DNA from: Cyclobacteriaceae bacterium
GTDB lineage: Bacteria > Bacteroidota > Bacteroidia > Cytophagales > JAAEPT01
Assembly: GCA_045106295.1 (NCBI GenBank)
Contig: JBGCEI010000083.1
Span: 1 to 36,437, forward strand
DNA length: 36,437 nt
Direction: 5' to 3'
In this document: positions 23,644 through 33,264 of the stretch, piece after piece
How positions within the stretch are numbered: position 1 is the stretch's first letter
Layout of the letters: the number at the start of each line of letters is the position of its first letter
Notes under the pieces: generated by a model
Database searches by the model: none
Told to the model about the DNA's origin: nothing
Seen by the model: only the letters and a program-made list of their open reading frames with translations
Program-made: the position numbers and the translations under genes

Positions 23644-26201
23644 GAGAGTACATCGGTGAGATAGGACATTTATCTGTCGTATTATTTTTTGTTTTTTCGT
23701 TACTCTCATCAGCTGCTTATTTTGTAGCAACTAAACGAGGAGATGTTTGGAAAAAATTTGCTCGCTTTTCTTTTGGTGTGCATGCGCTCGGCGTATTTGG
23801 AGTAGTGATTTCACTCTTTATTATTATTCAAAACCATTTTTACGAATACCACTACGCATGGAGCCATTCATCTAACTTTTTACCTTCTGAATACATGATT
23901 TCTTGTTTTTGGGAAGGGCAAGAAGGAAGTTTTTTATTGTGGTCTTTCTGGCATGTGATTTTAGGAGCTTTCTTATTACTGAAAGCTAAGTCATGGGAAA
24001 ATCATACGATGGCTATCTTCATGGCGGTACAAGCTTTTTTGGCTTCCATGATTTTGGGAGTAGTTCCTTTTGAGGCGTTTAAGATTGGTAGTTCTCCTTT
24101 TATCTTGATGAAAGAAGCAATGGCTCATTTGCCTATTTATGCGCAAGACCCCAATTTTATCCCCGAAGATGGAACAGGCTTAAATCCCTTATTACAAAAC
24201 TACTGGATGGTGATACATCCGCCAACCCTATTTTTAGGCTTTGCTTTAACCTTAATCCCTTTTGTGTATGCGATGGCTGGTTTATGGAGAAATAAGCTTA
24301 CAGAATGGATTACACCTTCTCTTCCATGGATTTTATTAGGTGGCGGAGTCTTAGGTTTAGGAATTATGATGGGGGCTTACTGGGCATACGAGACTTTGAA
24401 TTTTGGAGGGTACTGGAACTGGGACCCTGTGGAAAATGCGGTCTATGTTCCATGGCTTATTTTAGTAGCTTCCTTACACGGAATTACGATTTACAGACGG
24501 AAACAAACGGCACAGAAGCTTTCGCTTATTTTAGTGATGTCTACCTTTTTACTCATTCTGTATTCTACTTTCTTAACCAGAAGTGGAATTTTGGGTAACT
24601 CTTCTGTCCATTCGTTTACGGATTTAGGGCTCTCTGGTCAGTTATTGATTTACCTACTATTCTTTATTTTTTTAGCTATTGGCTTATTAGCGTACAGATG
24701 GAAAGAATTCCCCGTCTCAGAAGAGCCCAAACCGAATAGTTTAACCTTTTGGGTCTTGATGGGCATCATATTGTTGTGTTTGGCTGCTTTTCAAGTAATT
24801 GTAGCTACTTCTTTTCCTGTTATCAATACCGTATTTGGTACTAGCTTGGCTACACCGACCAATCAAATTGCGTTTTACAGTAACTTTCAACTATGGCCAG
24901 CCATGCTGATTGCCATTCTTTCTGGAGTAATTCAATACTTATGGTGGAAGAAACAAGGGAAAACTGCTCTACTAGTGAAGTGGGGCATGGTAGTACTAGG
25001 AGTTACGCTTATTAGTTCTTTAGTGATTGTGTTGTGGTTTCAAGCCGATACAGAAATGATGGCTGAACAACTTTCTGGTAAGCAGTCTTTAGTAGATAAA
25101 AAGATTTTTAATTACATCCTTACCTTATTTTCACATACCGCTCTTTTAGCCTTATCAATTGTCTCTTTAATAGCCAACGGAATAGTATTAATCACCATAG
25201 CCCAATCAAACTGGAAACTAACAGGTGGCGCTTTAGCTCATTTGGGTTTAGCGATGATGCTAATAGGTATGCTGTTTTCTGGAGGATATTCTAAAGTGAT
25301 TTCACTAAATCAATCTGGTAAAGTATACTCTAAAGATCTTCCTCAAGATATTAACACAGAGAATGTATTACTTTGGAGAGGGAAGTCAGCTAAAATGAGG
25401 GGATACGAACTGACGTACAAAGGACCTCGAATAGAAGTAAAAGGAATCTCTCGTTATGTGAAACCGTCTGAAATACGATTAGGAGCAGAGCCACACACTG
25501 CTTTTGCGAAGAAAGATTTAGTAGCTGATGAGCAGATTTATTTCGCTACTGGTGATTCTTTACGAATCTACCCTGAGAATACATACTACGAAATAGAGTA
25601 CAAAAAAGAAGGAAAAAAACTGTTTACACTCTACCCAAGAGCACAAGTAAATCCTCAAATGGGATTATTGGCATCACCGGATATTAAGCATGGGTTCACG
25701 AAAGACCTTTACACGCATATCTCTACTATTCCAGACCCAGAAGATAATTTAGGTTGGAGGGATACGGTAACCGTAGATGTACGAGTAAAGGAAACGGTTT
25801 ATGTGAATGATTATGTATCTACTATAGATAGTGTGATGACGGTATCTACTATTGCTAACCAACCTATTAAGGAAGGTGCTTTGGGAATAGCGGCTTTTAT
25901 TTCACATAAATTATCTGACGGTCCACTTACTACTCGTTTAGAGATGCTGATAGAAGAAGGAAAAGGATACAGTATCCCTAATTATGTGGATGAGATAGGG
26001 GTGAAATTGAATTTATTAAATATTGACCCTCAAACAGGCTTATTTACTCTTCAATACAGTACGCGCCAATTGGATTACATTATTCTAAAAGCAGAGGAAA
26101 AACCACTCATCAATGTATTGTGGATAGGTACTATTTTAGTCGTTCTAGGTTTTATGATTGCCTTTTTTAATAAAAGAGCGCTTGCTAGTCAGTCTGTATA
26201 A
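23640..26201 (+). CDS. ccmF: cytochrome c heme lyase subunit CcmF (extended, 853 aa)
   Basis: WWD motif 'WAYETLNFGGYWNWDPVENAVYVPWL'; many TM helices; the ATG overlaps the ccmE stop (ATGA). Confidence 0.9.
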   Translation: MREYIGEIGHLSVVLFFVFSLLSSAAYFVATKRGDVWKKFARFSFGVHALGVFGVVISLFIIIQNHFYEYHYAWSHSSNFLPSEYMISCFWEGQEGSFLLWSFWHVILGAFLLLKAKSWENHTMAIFMAVQAFLASMILGVVPFEAFKIGSSPFILMKEAMAHLPIYAQDPNFIPEDGTGLNPLLQNYWMVIHPPTLFLGFALTLIPFVYAMAGLWRNKLTEWITPSLPWILLGGGVLGLGIMMGAYWAYETLNFGGYWNWDPVENAVYVPWLILVASLHGITIYRRKQTAQKLSLILVMSTFLLILYSTFLTRSGILGNSSVHSFTDLGLSGQLLIYLLFFIFLAIGLLAYRWKEFPVSEEPKPNSLTFWVLMGIILLCLAAFQVIVATSFPVINTVFGTSLATPTNQIAFYSNFQLWPAMLIAILSGVIQYLWWKKQGKTALLVKWGMVVLGVTLISSLVIVLWFQADTEMMAEQLSGKQSLVDKKIFNYILTLFSHTALLALSIVSLIANGIVLITIAQSNWKLTGGALAHLGLAMMLIGMLFSGGYSKVISLNQSGKVYSKDLPQDINTENVLLWRGKSAKMRGYELTYKGPRIEVKGISRYVKPSEIRLGAEPHTAFAKKDLVADEQIYFATGDSLRIYPENTYYEIEYKKEGKKLFTLYPRAQVNPQMGLLASPDIKHGFTKDLYTHISTIPDPEDNLGWRDTVTVDVRVKETVYVNDYVSTIDSVMTVSTIANQPIKEGALGIAAFISHKLSDGPLTTRLEMLIEEGKGYSIPNYVDEIGVKLNLLNIDPQTGLFTLQYSTRQLDYIILKAEEKPLINVLWIGTILVVLGFMIAFFNKRALASQSV

Positions 26202-26209
26202 GATAATTA

Positions 26210-29200
26210 TCAGCTGACCACTTCTAAACCAACTGTAATCTGTTGATCATCTAGTTCAATAGAGTGCTTTGAAGCAAATGTATCTTTTAACCCAAAAGAA
26301 ACCGCTTGTACCTCCCTACTGATGTAATCAGAGAAGAGTGTAATTGCTTCATTGAATTGAGGTGTTTGTTCCTGTAACACCACTTGGATTTTATCTTGAA
26401 CGTCTAAACCAATATCTTTTCTAAGATTCTGAATTCTATTGACTACCTCTCTTGCAATACCTTCTTTTTCCAGTTCTTCAGTCAAGTTAATGTCTAATGC
26501 AACCGTCATCTCCCCGTCAGTAGCTACTTTCCATCCTTCAATGTCTTTGAAACTGATTTCTACATCTTCTAGTGTAAGCATTACTTTCTCCCCTTCTAAA
26601 TCAATTGCTAGTGAATCGTTCTTCTCTAATTCTTGAATCTGTGGTTGATCCAATCCATTAATTACTGCAGCTACTGCTTTCATCTTAGGACCAAATTGTT
26701 TACCTAGCTTTCTAAAATTAGGCTTACAGTTTTTCACTAATAACTGATTGTCACGATCAGCATATTCTATCGTTTTGATGTTTACCTCCGTCTGAATTAG
26801 CTCTTTTACTGCTTCTATATTTTCCTTCATCTGATCATTGATCACAGGAATCAAGATTTTAGCCAATGGCTGACGTACTTTTAACTTCTCTTGCTTACGA
26901 ATGGAATGTACCAGAGAAGATATTTTTTGAGCCAATCCCATTCGAGTTTCTAAGGAGTTATTTATTTTCTGCTGATCAGAAACAGGAAAATCTGTTAAAT
27001 GAACAGATTCATGTTCAGACAGATTAGCTAATGCATTACAATCTTGGAATACTTGTTCAAAATAGAACGGAGCAATAGGAGATGCTAACTGAGCTACCGT
27101 ATGCAAACACTCAAATAAGGTATGATAAGCTGCTAATTTATCGGTAGAAACTCCTTGTGTAGAAGGTGTCCAAAAACGTTTTCTATTTAAACGAACGTAC
27201 CAATTACTCAAGTCATCAATTACAAACGACTGAATAGCTCTTGCTGCTTTAGTTGGCTCGTAAGCTTCATAATTTTCATCTACTAGTTGTATCAAACTAT
27301 GCAGTTTCGATAGAATCCACTGATCGCTTTCTGTGTAATCTTCTGGTGCTATTTTTTCTTTTCCTGTAAAGGAGTCAATATTAGCGTAGACTGCAAAAAA
27401 ATTGTACACATTGTAAAATGTACCAAAGAAGCGACGTTGTACTTCTGCTACTCCTTCTAAGTCAAACTTCAAGTTATCCCAAGGATTTGCATTGGATATC
27501 ATATACCAACGAGTGGCATCAGGACCGTATTTAGCTAATGTCGTAAATGGATCGATCGCATTTCCTAAACGCTTAGACATTTTCTGTCCTTTTTTATCTA
27601 ATACTAATCCATTAGAAACTACATTTTTATACGCTGCTTCACCAAATACCATCGTTGCAATGGCGTGTAAAGTATAAAACCAACCTCTTGTCTGGTCTAC
27701 TCCCTCGGCAATAAAATCTGCTGTTTTCGCACCATTTTCTACGGCTTCTTTGTTCTCAAATGGATAGTGCCATTGGGCATACGGCATAGAGCCTGAATCA
27801 AACCAAACGTCTATTAAGTCAGACTCTCGTTTCATCGGTTTTCCACTTTCTGAAACCAATGTGATTTTGTCTACTATGTTTTTATGAAGATCTACTTTAT
27901 CGTAGTTCTCTTCTGACATATCTCCTACTACAAAGTCTTCATAGACATCACTATTCATAATCCCTGCAGCAATCGATTGTTGCATTTCTTCTTTCAGTTC
28001 AGCAATGGAGCCGATCATTTTTAGTTCTTTTCCGTCTTCTGTTCTCCAGATAGGTAAGGGGATACCCCAAAAACGAGAACGAGATAAATTCCAGTCGTTC
28101 GCATTCTTTAGCCAGTTACCAAAACGCCCTGTCCCAGTAGACTCCGGTTTCCAGTTGATCGATGTATTGAAGTCATACATCTTATCATTTACATCCGTTA
28201 CTTTTATAAACCAAGAATCTAATGGGTAATACAAAATTGGCTTATCCGTTCGCCAGCAATGAGGGTAACTGTGAACATATTTTTCTACTTTAAATGCTTT
28301 GTTCTGTTCCTTTAGTTTAATAGCTAATTGAACATCAGTCGATTTTTCTGGTGCTTCGCCTTTGTCGTAGTATTCGTTTTTGACATACATCCCAGCAAAT
28401 TCAGCCATTTCTGGCCTGAACCTACCCTGAAGGTCAACCAATGGTACTAGGTTGTCGTCTTCGTCTTTTACCAATAGAGGTGGTACTTCTGGTTTTGCTT
28501 GCTTAGCTACCAAAGCATCGTCTGCCCCAAAAGTAGGAGCTGTATGTACAATACCCGTTCCGTCTTCCGTCGTTACAAAATCACCTGATATCACTCGAAA
28601 TGCATTCTCTGGATTATCGTGAGGCAAAGCATAAGGCAATAACTGTTCGTATTTTATTCCGACAAGGTCAGCTCCTTTACAAGTAGAGCTAACACAATAA
28701 GGAATCTGTTTGTCGTCTTTTTTATATTCAGTCAAAGAAGCTTCATCTTCTGTTTTAGCAAACTTTTTACCTGCAAACTGCTTCTCTACTAAGTTACTGG
28801 CTAAAACAACTTGAATAGGCTCAAACGTATACTGATTGAATGTCTTTACAATGGAGTATTCAATTTTTGGGCCTACCGTCAAAGCTGTATTACTTGGTAA
28901 TGTCCATGGCGTAGTAGTCCATGCGATCAAGTGTACATCTCCTTGAATATTTAAGGAAGCAGGTACTGTTTCATTAATGGCTTTAAATTGAGCAACTACG
29001 GTAGTATCTGTTACATCTTGATATGCTCCTGGTTGGTTCACTTCATTGGAACTCAAACCCGTTCCAGCTTTTGGAGAGTAGGGTTGAATAGAATAGCCTT
29101 TGTAAATCAGTCCTTTATCAAAAATCTGTTTAAGCAACCACCATACACTTTCCATGTATTTTGGTTTGTAGGTAACATACGGGTCTTCCATATCTACCCA

Positions 29201-29620
29201 ATAACCCATTTTTTCTGTTAGGTCATTCCAGATACCTGTATATTTCATTACTGCCTTTTTACAAGCAATGTTATACTCTTCTACAGTAATCTTTTTCCCA
29301 ATATCTTCTTTGGTAATACCAAGCTCTTTTTCAACACCCAATTCTACTGGTAGACCATGTGTGTCCCAACCTGCTTTACGCTTTACTTGATATCCTTTTT
29401 GTGTTTTGTATCGACAAAAAATGTCTTTAATGGCACGCCCCATTACATGGTGAATACCCGGAAGACCATTGGCAGAAGGTGGTCCTTCAAAGAAAGTAAA
29501 AGAAGGTTTCCCTTCCCTAAGACTTACTGATTTTTCAAAAACATTATTTTTTTTCCAAGATGCTAAAATGGCTTCGCCAACTTCAGCATAGTTTATCTGC
29601 TTGTATTCTTTAAACTTCAC
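26210..29620 (-). CDS. ileS: isoleucine--tRNA ligase (type 2, 1136 aa)
   Basis: HIGH-region 'PPSANGLPGIHHVMGR', 'KMSKRLGN' (KMSKS), and a CP1 editing-domain-sized insert. Confidence 0.97.
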   Translation of the reverse strand: MKFKEYKQINYAEVGEAILASWKKNNVFEKSVSLREGKPSFTFFEGPPSANGLPGIHHVMGRAIKDIFCRYKTQKGYQVKRKAGWDTHGLPVELGVEKELGITKEDIGKKITVEEYNIACKKAVMKYTGIWNDLTEKMGYWVDMEDPYVTYKPKYMESVWWLLKQIFDKGLIYKGYSIQPYSPKAGTGLSSNEVNQPGAYQDVTDTTVVAQFKAINETVPASLNIQGDVHLIAWTTTPWTLPSNTALTVGPKIEYSIVKTFNQYTFEPIQVVLASNLVEKQFAGKKFAKTEDEASLTEYKKDDKQIPYCVSSTCKGADLVGIKYEQLLPYALPHDNPENAFRVISGDFVTTEDGTGIVHTAPTFGADDALVAKQAKPEVPPLLVKDEDDNLVPLVDLQGRFRPEMAEFAGMYVKNEYYDKGEAPEKSTDVQLAIKLKEQNKAFKVEKYVHSYPHCWRTDKPILYYPLDSWFIKVTDVNDKMYDFNTSINWKPESTGTGRFGNWLKNANDWNLSRSRFWGIPLPIWRTEDGKELKMIGSIAELKEEMQQSIAAGIMNSDVYEDFVVGDMSEENYDKVDLHKNIVDKITLVSESGKPMKRESDLIDVWFDSGSMPYAQWHYPFENKEAVENGAKTADFIAEGVDQTRGWFYTLHAIATMVFGEAAYKNVVSNGLVLDKKGQKMSKRLGNAIDPFTTLAKYGPDATRWYMISNANPWDNLKFDLEGVAEVQRRFFGTFYNVYNFFAVYANIDSFTGKEKIAPEDYTESDQWILSKLHSLIQLVDENYEAYEPTKAARAIQSFVIDDLSNWYVRLNRKRFWTPSTQGVSTDKLAAYHTLFECLHTVAQLASPIAPFYFEQVFQDCNALANLSEHESVHLTDFPVSDQQKINNSLETRMGLAQKISSLVHSIRKQEKLKVRQPLAKILIPVINDQMKENIEAVKELIQTEVNIKTIEYADRDNQLLVKNCKPNFRKLGKQFGPKMKAVAAVINGLDQPQIQELEKNDSLAIDLEGEKVMLTLEDVEISFKDIEGWKVATDGEMTVALDINLTEELEKEGIAREVVNRIQNLRKDIGLDVQDKIQVVLQEQTPQFNEAITLFSDYISREVQAVSFGLKDTFASKHSIELDDQQITVGLEVVS

Positions 29621-32057
29621 TTTTTACAGGGACTTTGGGTGTTGTTATGGTAGTAGTATTGAGTTTACTGTTTGTCACATCAACAAGCAGGTCTTGGGAT
29701 TCATCATCTGTATCGTCATTATACCCATCAATTAAACGACGAGTATTTTTCCTTTTTCCAGTATCAAACGTCATCAATAGAGAAGGCAATAAAATAAGGT
29801 TCGTAAACATCGCAAACATCAAGGTAGATGATGTAAGCACTCCCAACATTAAAGTACCTTGGAAAGTAGAACCCGCAAATATGATGAACCCAAAGAATAA
29901 GATAATAGAAGTATAAATCATACTTGCTCCTGTTTCCCGGATACTCACTGTTACTGCCTTCGCAACTGAAAATCTACTTTGTATCAATTCTTGACGATAC
30001 TTTGCTAAAAAGTGAATAGAGTCATCTACAGAAATACCAAATGCAATGGTAAAGATTAATGCCGTACTTGGTTTCAAAGGAATACCAAAGAATCCCATTA
30101 ATGCTCCTGTAATCAATAGAGGAATCAGGTTTGGGATAAACGAGATCACTACAATTCTATAATGCATGAATAGAGCAGTCATAATAAAGGCAATCAATAC
30201 AAAGGCAATCAACAGACTCGTCCTCAGGTTCTTTATTAAAAACTTATTGCCTTTAATAAACAAGGGTGTAGAGCCAGTAATGTGATAATCCATTGGCTTA
30301 TTGCCTGCCTTAAAAATTTCTTCTGCTTTTGGAACAATTACATTGTTTACTAATGCATTCAGTTTCTTTGAACCGATATCAGCTACTTTTAACGACAACC
30401 TAACCTGACCTGTTGTATCTATTAAAGATGCTGTACTTATACTTGTATTATCATTACTATTTTTTAAATACGGACGCAATAAAAGCTTACTTTGCCCTTT
30501 CGGTAAGTCATAATACAATTTATTCCCTCCCATAAATGCTTGGTTAGATGTCTTTATTAAATTGATAACAGATATTGGCTCAGATATTTCAGGTAAGCCT
30601 GCTAAAAAAGTCTGAAATTCATTCAGATTTCTTAGTGTACTTGTTTTTGTAATGGCTTTTTTATCTTTGGTGTCTATCACTATTTCCAATGGCATAATTC
30701 CCTTAAAGTTTTTCTCGAAGTAACGAAGGTCTTGCACCACCACACTCTCCTCTGGAATGTCATCAACCATATATGAGAGAGCTGAAATTTTCCAAACCCC
30801 TACGCTACAGATTATAACTAAGAATATAGTCGCTACATACACCCACTTTCTCTTTGTATGTACTATTGTGTTAAGAGATTCTAAAAATGTATTTAAAAAT
30901 TTAAAGTCTAAATGTTTTAAATGTCTTGTCTTCGGTGATGATAAATAGGTATACACCGCAGGAATCATAATGATACTAATGATAAAAGTGGCCATAATGT
31001 TGATACCTGCTACTGTACCAAATTCACGTAAAATATCAATGTCATTAAATGTAAGTGCTAAAAATCCTATCGCCGTTGTAAAATTCGTAATCAATGTTAC
31101 CATTCCGATTTTACGAATAATGGTACTCAATGCTTTTATCTTATTTTCGTGCTTAGCAAATTCCTGATGATACTTATTGATTAAGTACACACAATTAGGA
31201 ATTCCTATCACTACAATAATAGGAGGAATAAGTCCTGTTAATAAAGTGATTTTATAACCAAGTAAAACGATAGTTCCCATCACCCATATCACAGCCATTC
31301 CTATAATAACCAAAGGGACAACTACGGCATTAAACGATCTGAAAAATAAAAATAGAACTAGGGCAGTAACACCTATTGCCAAGAAAAGAAATAGATTTAA
31401 TTCTTTTGCTACTTGTTTAGAAAGAACCGTTCTTACGTATGGCAACCCGGTTATGTGTGTTTTAATTCCAGACTTTTCCTCAAATGTAGACACTCGACTA
31501 TTGATTTCTTTGATAAATGCCAACCTCTTTTTTGACTGATAGTAAATAGGCTTTACTTCCATTATTATATTCGCAGCACCACTTACTGAATCAATTACCT
31601 GACCTTGAAACACCTGCGTATTTCGAATATCAGCCATTATACTATCAAGCTCTTCCTGGTTAGTTAGTTCATTCTGGAAAAAATCTGCTTGTACAAACTT
31701 CTTTTCTTTTCTATTTGGAACAATTTTTTTAAGGTTGGGAAGCGATAAAATAGTCTTTGAACCAATTAGATTATCTAAATCATCACTAAGCTTCTTATAT
31801 AGACGGAAGTTCTCTACTTCATACAGCGATTCATCACTTACTCCTATCACCAAAACATTATCGTCCTGTCCAAATGTTTTTATGAATTGTTGGAAATACT
31901 CCATATCAGGATCATCCTGAGGAACTACTTTAGCAAATTTATAGGTCATTTCAAGACCATTCTTTGCTTTATACCCCATAAATGCCGTAATAAGCAGGAG
32001 AGAAAGGATAAAGAATACCCTATATTTAATAACCGTATGAGCGAATTTTAACCACAT
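29610..32057 (-). CDS. MMPL/RND-superfamily exporter (two 6-TM bundles with periplasmic loops)
   Basis: 815 aa. Two SSD/MMPL-like TM blocks (about aa 215-375 and 615-765), each preceded by a large soluble loop. The 3' end overlaps the ileS start by 11 nt. Confidence 0.8.
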   Translation of the reverse strand: MWLKFAHTVIKYRVFFILSLLLITAFMGYKAKNGLEMTYKFAKVVPQDDPDMEYFQQFIKTFGQDDNVLVIGVSDESLYEVENFRLYKKLSDDLDNLIGSKTILSLPNLKKIVPNRKEKKFVQADFFQNELTNQEELDSIMADIRNTQVFQGQVIDSVSGAANIIMEVKPIYYQSKKRLAFIKEINSRVSTFEEKSGIKTHITGLPYVRTVLSKQVAKELNLFLFLAIGVTALVLFLFFRSFNAVVVPLVIIGMAVIWVMGTIVLLGYKITLLTGLIPPIIVVIGIPNCVYLINKYHQEFAKHENKIKALSTIIRKIGMVTLITNFTTAIGFLALTFNDIDILREFGTVAGINIMATFIISIIMIPAVYTYLSSPKTRHLKHLDFKFLNTFLESLNTIVHTKRKWVYVATIFLVIICSVGVWKISALSYMVDDIPEESVVVQDLRYFEKNFKGIMPLEIVIDTKDKKAITKTSTLRNLNEFQTFLAGLPEISEPISVINLIKTSNQAFMGGNKLYYDLPKGQSKLLLRPYLKNSNDNTSISTASLIDTTGQVRLSLKVADIGSKKLNALVNNVIVPKAEEIFKAGNKPMDYHITGSTPLFIKGNKFLIKNLRTSLLIAFVLIAFIMTALFMHYRIVVISFIPNLIPLLITGALMGFFGIPLKPSTALIFTIAFGISVDDSIHFLAKYRQELIQSRFSVAKAVTVSIRETGASMIYTSIILFFGFIIFAGSTFQGTLMLGVLTSSTLMFAMFTNLILLPSLLMTFDTGKRKNTRRLIDGYNDDTDDESQDLLVDVTNSKLNTTTITTPKVPVKSEV

Positions 32058-32265
32058 AGAAATAGACTGACAAAGGTAGGTGTTTTAATACTAAATAAAT
32101 AGCTTATTTAACAGGATTAGGTAACTTTTGATGAAGTTAGTCTTGTTCCTTAGTTAAACAAGGTTATTATCTCGATGAATAAGTTGTTTCTCTGAAATGG
32201 AATCGTTTATTTTAAATCTTAGATAAACCATTTAGCTTTTAATTAGACATTTAAAATTTAAAGAC

Positions 32266-32949
32266 ATGAGAAAGACAAGTAAAATAGCAGTTGTTAGCTT
32301 AGTAGTAGCATTCACATTTATTATTTCTAGTTGTGAAAACACTAGTCATGGAGTAAAAAAAGGCGCTATAGGAGCCGCAATTGGTGGTACCGCTGGTGCC
32401 ATTGTAGGTAAACTAACAGGAAACACTGCTGCTGGAGCTATTATTGGTGGTGCAATTGGTGGTACTGCTGGTGCATTAATTGGTAAAAAAATGGATAAAG
32501 AAGCTGCCGAAATGAGAGCGGACTTAAAAGGTGCTAAAGTAGAGCGTGTAGGAGAAGGGATCAAAATTACATTTGATTCAGGTATTCTTTACGGATCTGG
32601 ATCATCTGACTTAAAAGCAGAAGCAAAAGCTAATATTACTAAGTTATCGACTATCCTAAAAAAGTATAGTGATACTGATATCTTAATTATTGGTCATACA
32701 GACGCTAGCGGTAGTGAAGAGTTAAATCAAACATTATCTGAAAAAAGAGCGCAGTCAGTCGCTAATCACTTAACATCTTTAGGTGTAGCTAATACAAGAG
32801 TAAACACTCAGGGTGCTGGTGAATTATCTCCAGTTGCTGATAATAATACCGAAGCTGGAAAAAGAGCTAACAGAAGAGTTGAATTAGCTGTTTATGCTAA
32901 CGAAGACATGAAAAAAGCTGCTAAAAGAGGTGACATTAAAGTAAACTAA
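32266..32949 (+). CDS. OmpA-family lipoprotein with an N-terminal glycine-zipper repeat
   Basis: Lipobox 'IISSC', a duplicated 'AIGGTAGA(I/L)(V/I)GK' glycine zipper, and an OmpA_C motif 'IIGHTDASGSEELNQTLSEKRAQSV...NRRVELAV'. Confidence 0.85.
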   Translation: MRKTSKIAVVSLVVAFTFIISSCENTSHGVKKGAIGAAIGGTAGAIVGKLTGNTAAGAIIGGAIGGTAGALIGKKMDKEAAEMRADLKGAKVERVGEGIKITFDSGILYGSGSSDLKAEAKANITKLSTILKKYSDTDILIIGHTDASGSEELNQTLSEKRAQSVANHLTSLGVANTRVNTQGAGELSPVADNNTEAGKRANRRVELAVYANEDMKKAAKRGDIKVN

Positions 32950-32970
32950 CCTCTTATTAATTCACTTAAT

Positions 32971-33009
32971 AAAAAAACCTTTACTGTTCGAGAACAGTAG
33001 AGGTTTTTT
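32971..33009 (+). terminator. rho-independent (potentially bidirectional) terminator
   Basis: An A7 run, then a 12-bp stem CCTTTACTGTTC/GAACAGTAGAGG (one G-U pair), then T6. Confidence 0.7.
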
Positions 33010-33264
33010 AGATAAACAGAACTGTTTCAAAAACAACTCTTTGTTGCTACTACTGGTAAGCTTTTCTTTGGAAAGTGAACCCGTTTTATCCATTAGAAAA
33101 TCTATCCGTGACTAACTCTCTGCATACCAGTCGCTTTGCTAAGTTTTTTGATAGTTAGCCCCTCATTACGAAATTCTAACGCATAGTCTAGGTTAAAAAT
33201 TGTTTTCTTACAATTCCTTACTGGTTATTTACCTTTTATACTTTTTTAAGTTTACTTTTAGCAC

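Noticed and set aside
24305-24598. Same-strand alternative-frame ORF inside ccmF
   Set aside because: It is out of frame with the CcmF WWD region, which is unmistakable, and it has no independent signal.
26439-31920. Eight plus-strand ORFs opposite ileS and the MMPL exporter (26439-26636 through 31735-31920), and 20272-20454 opposite nnr
   Set aside because: All are 60-93-aa antisense shadows within long, motif-supported genes.
32346-32564. Minus-strand 72-aa Pro/Ala-rich ORF
   Set aside because: It is the mirror image of the GGT/GCT-rich glycine-zipper coding repeat of the OmpA lipoprotein.
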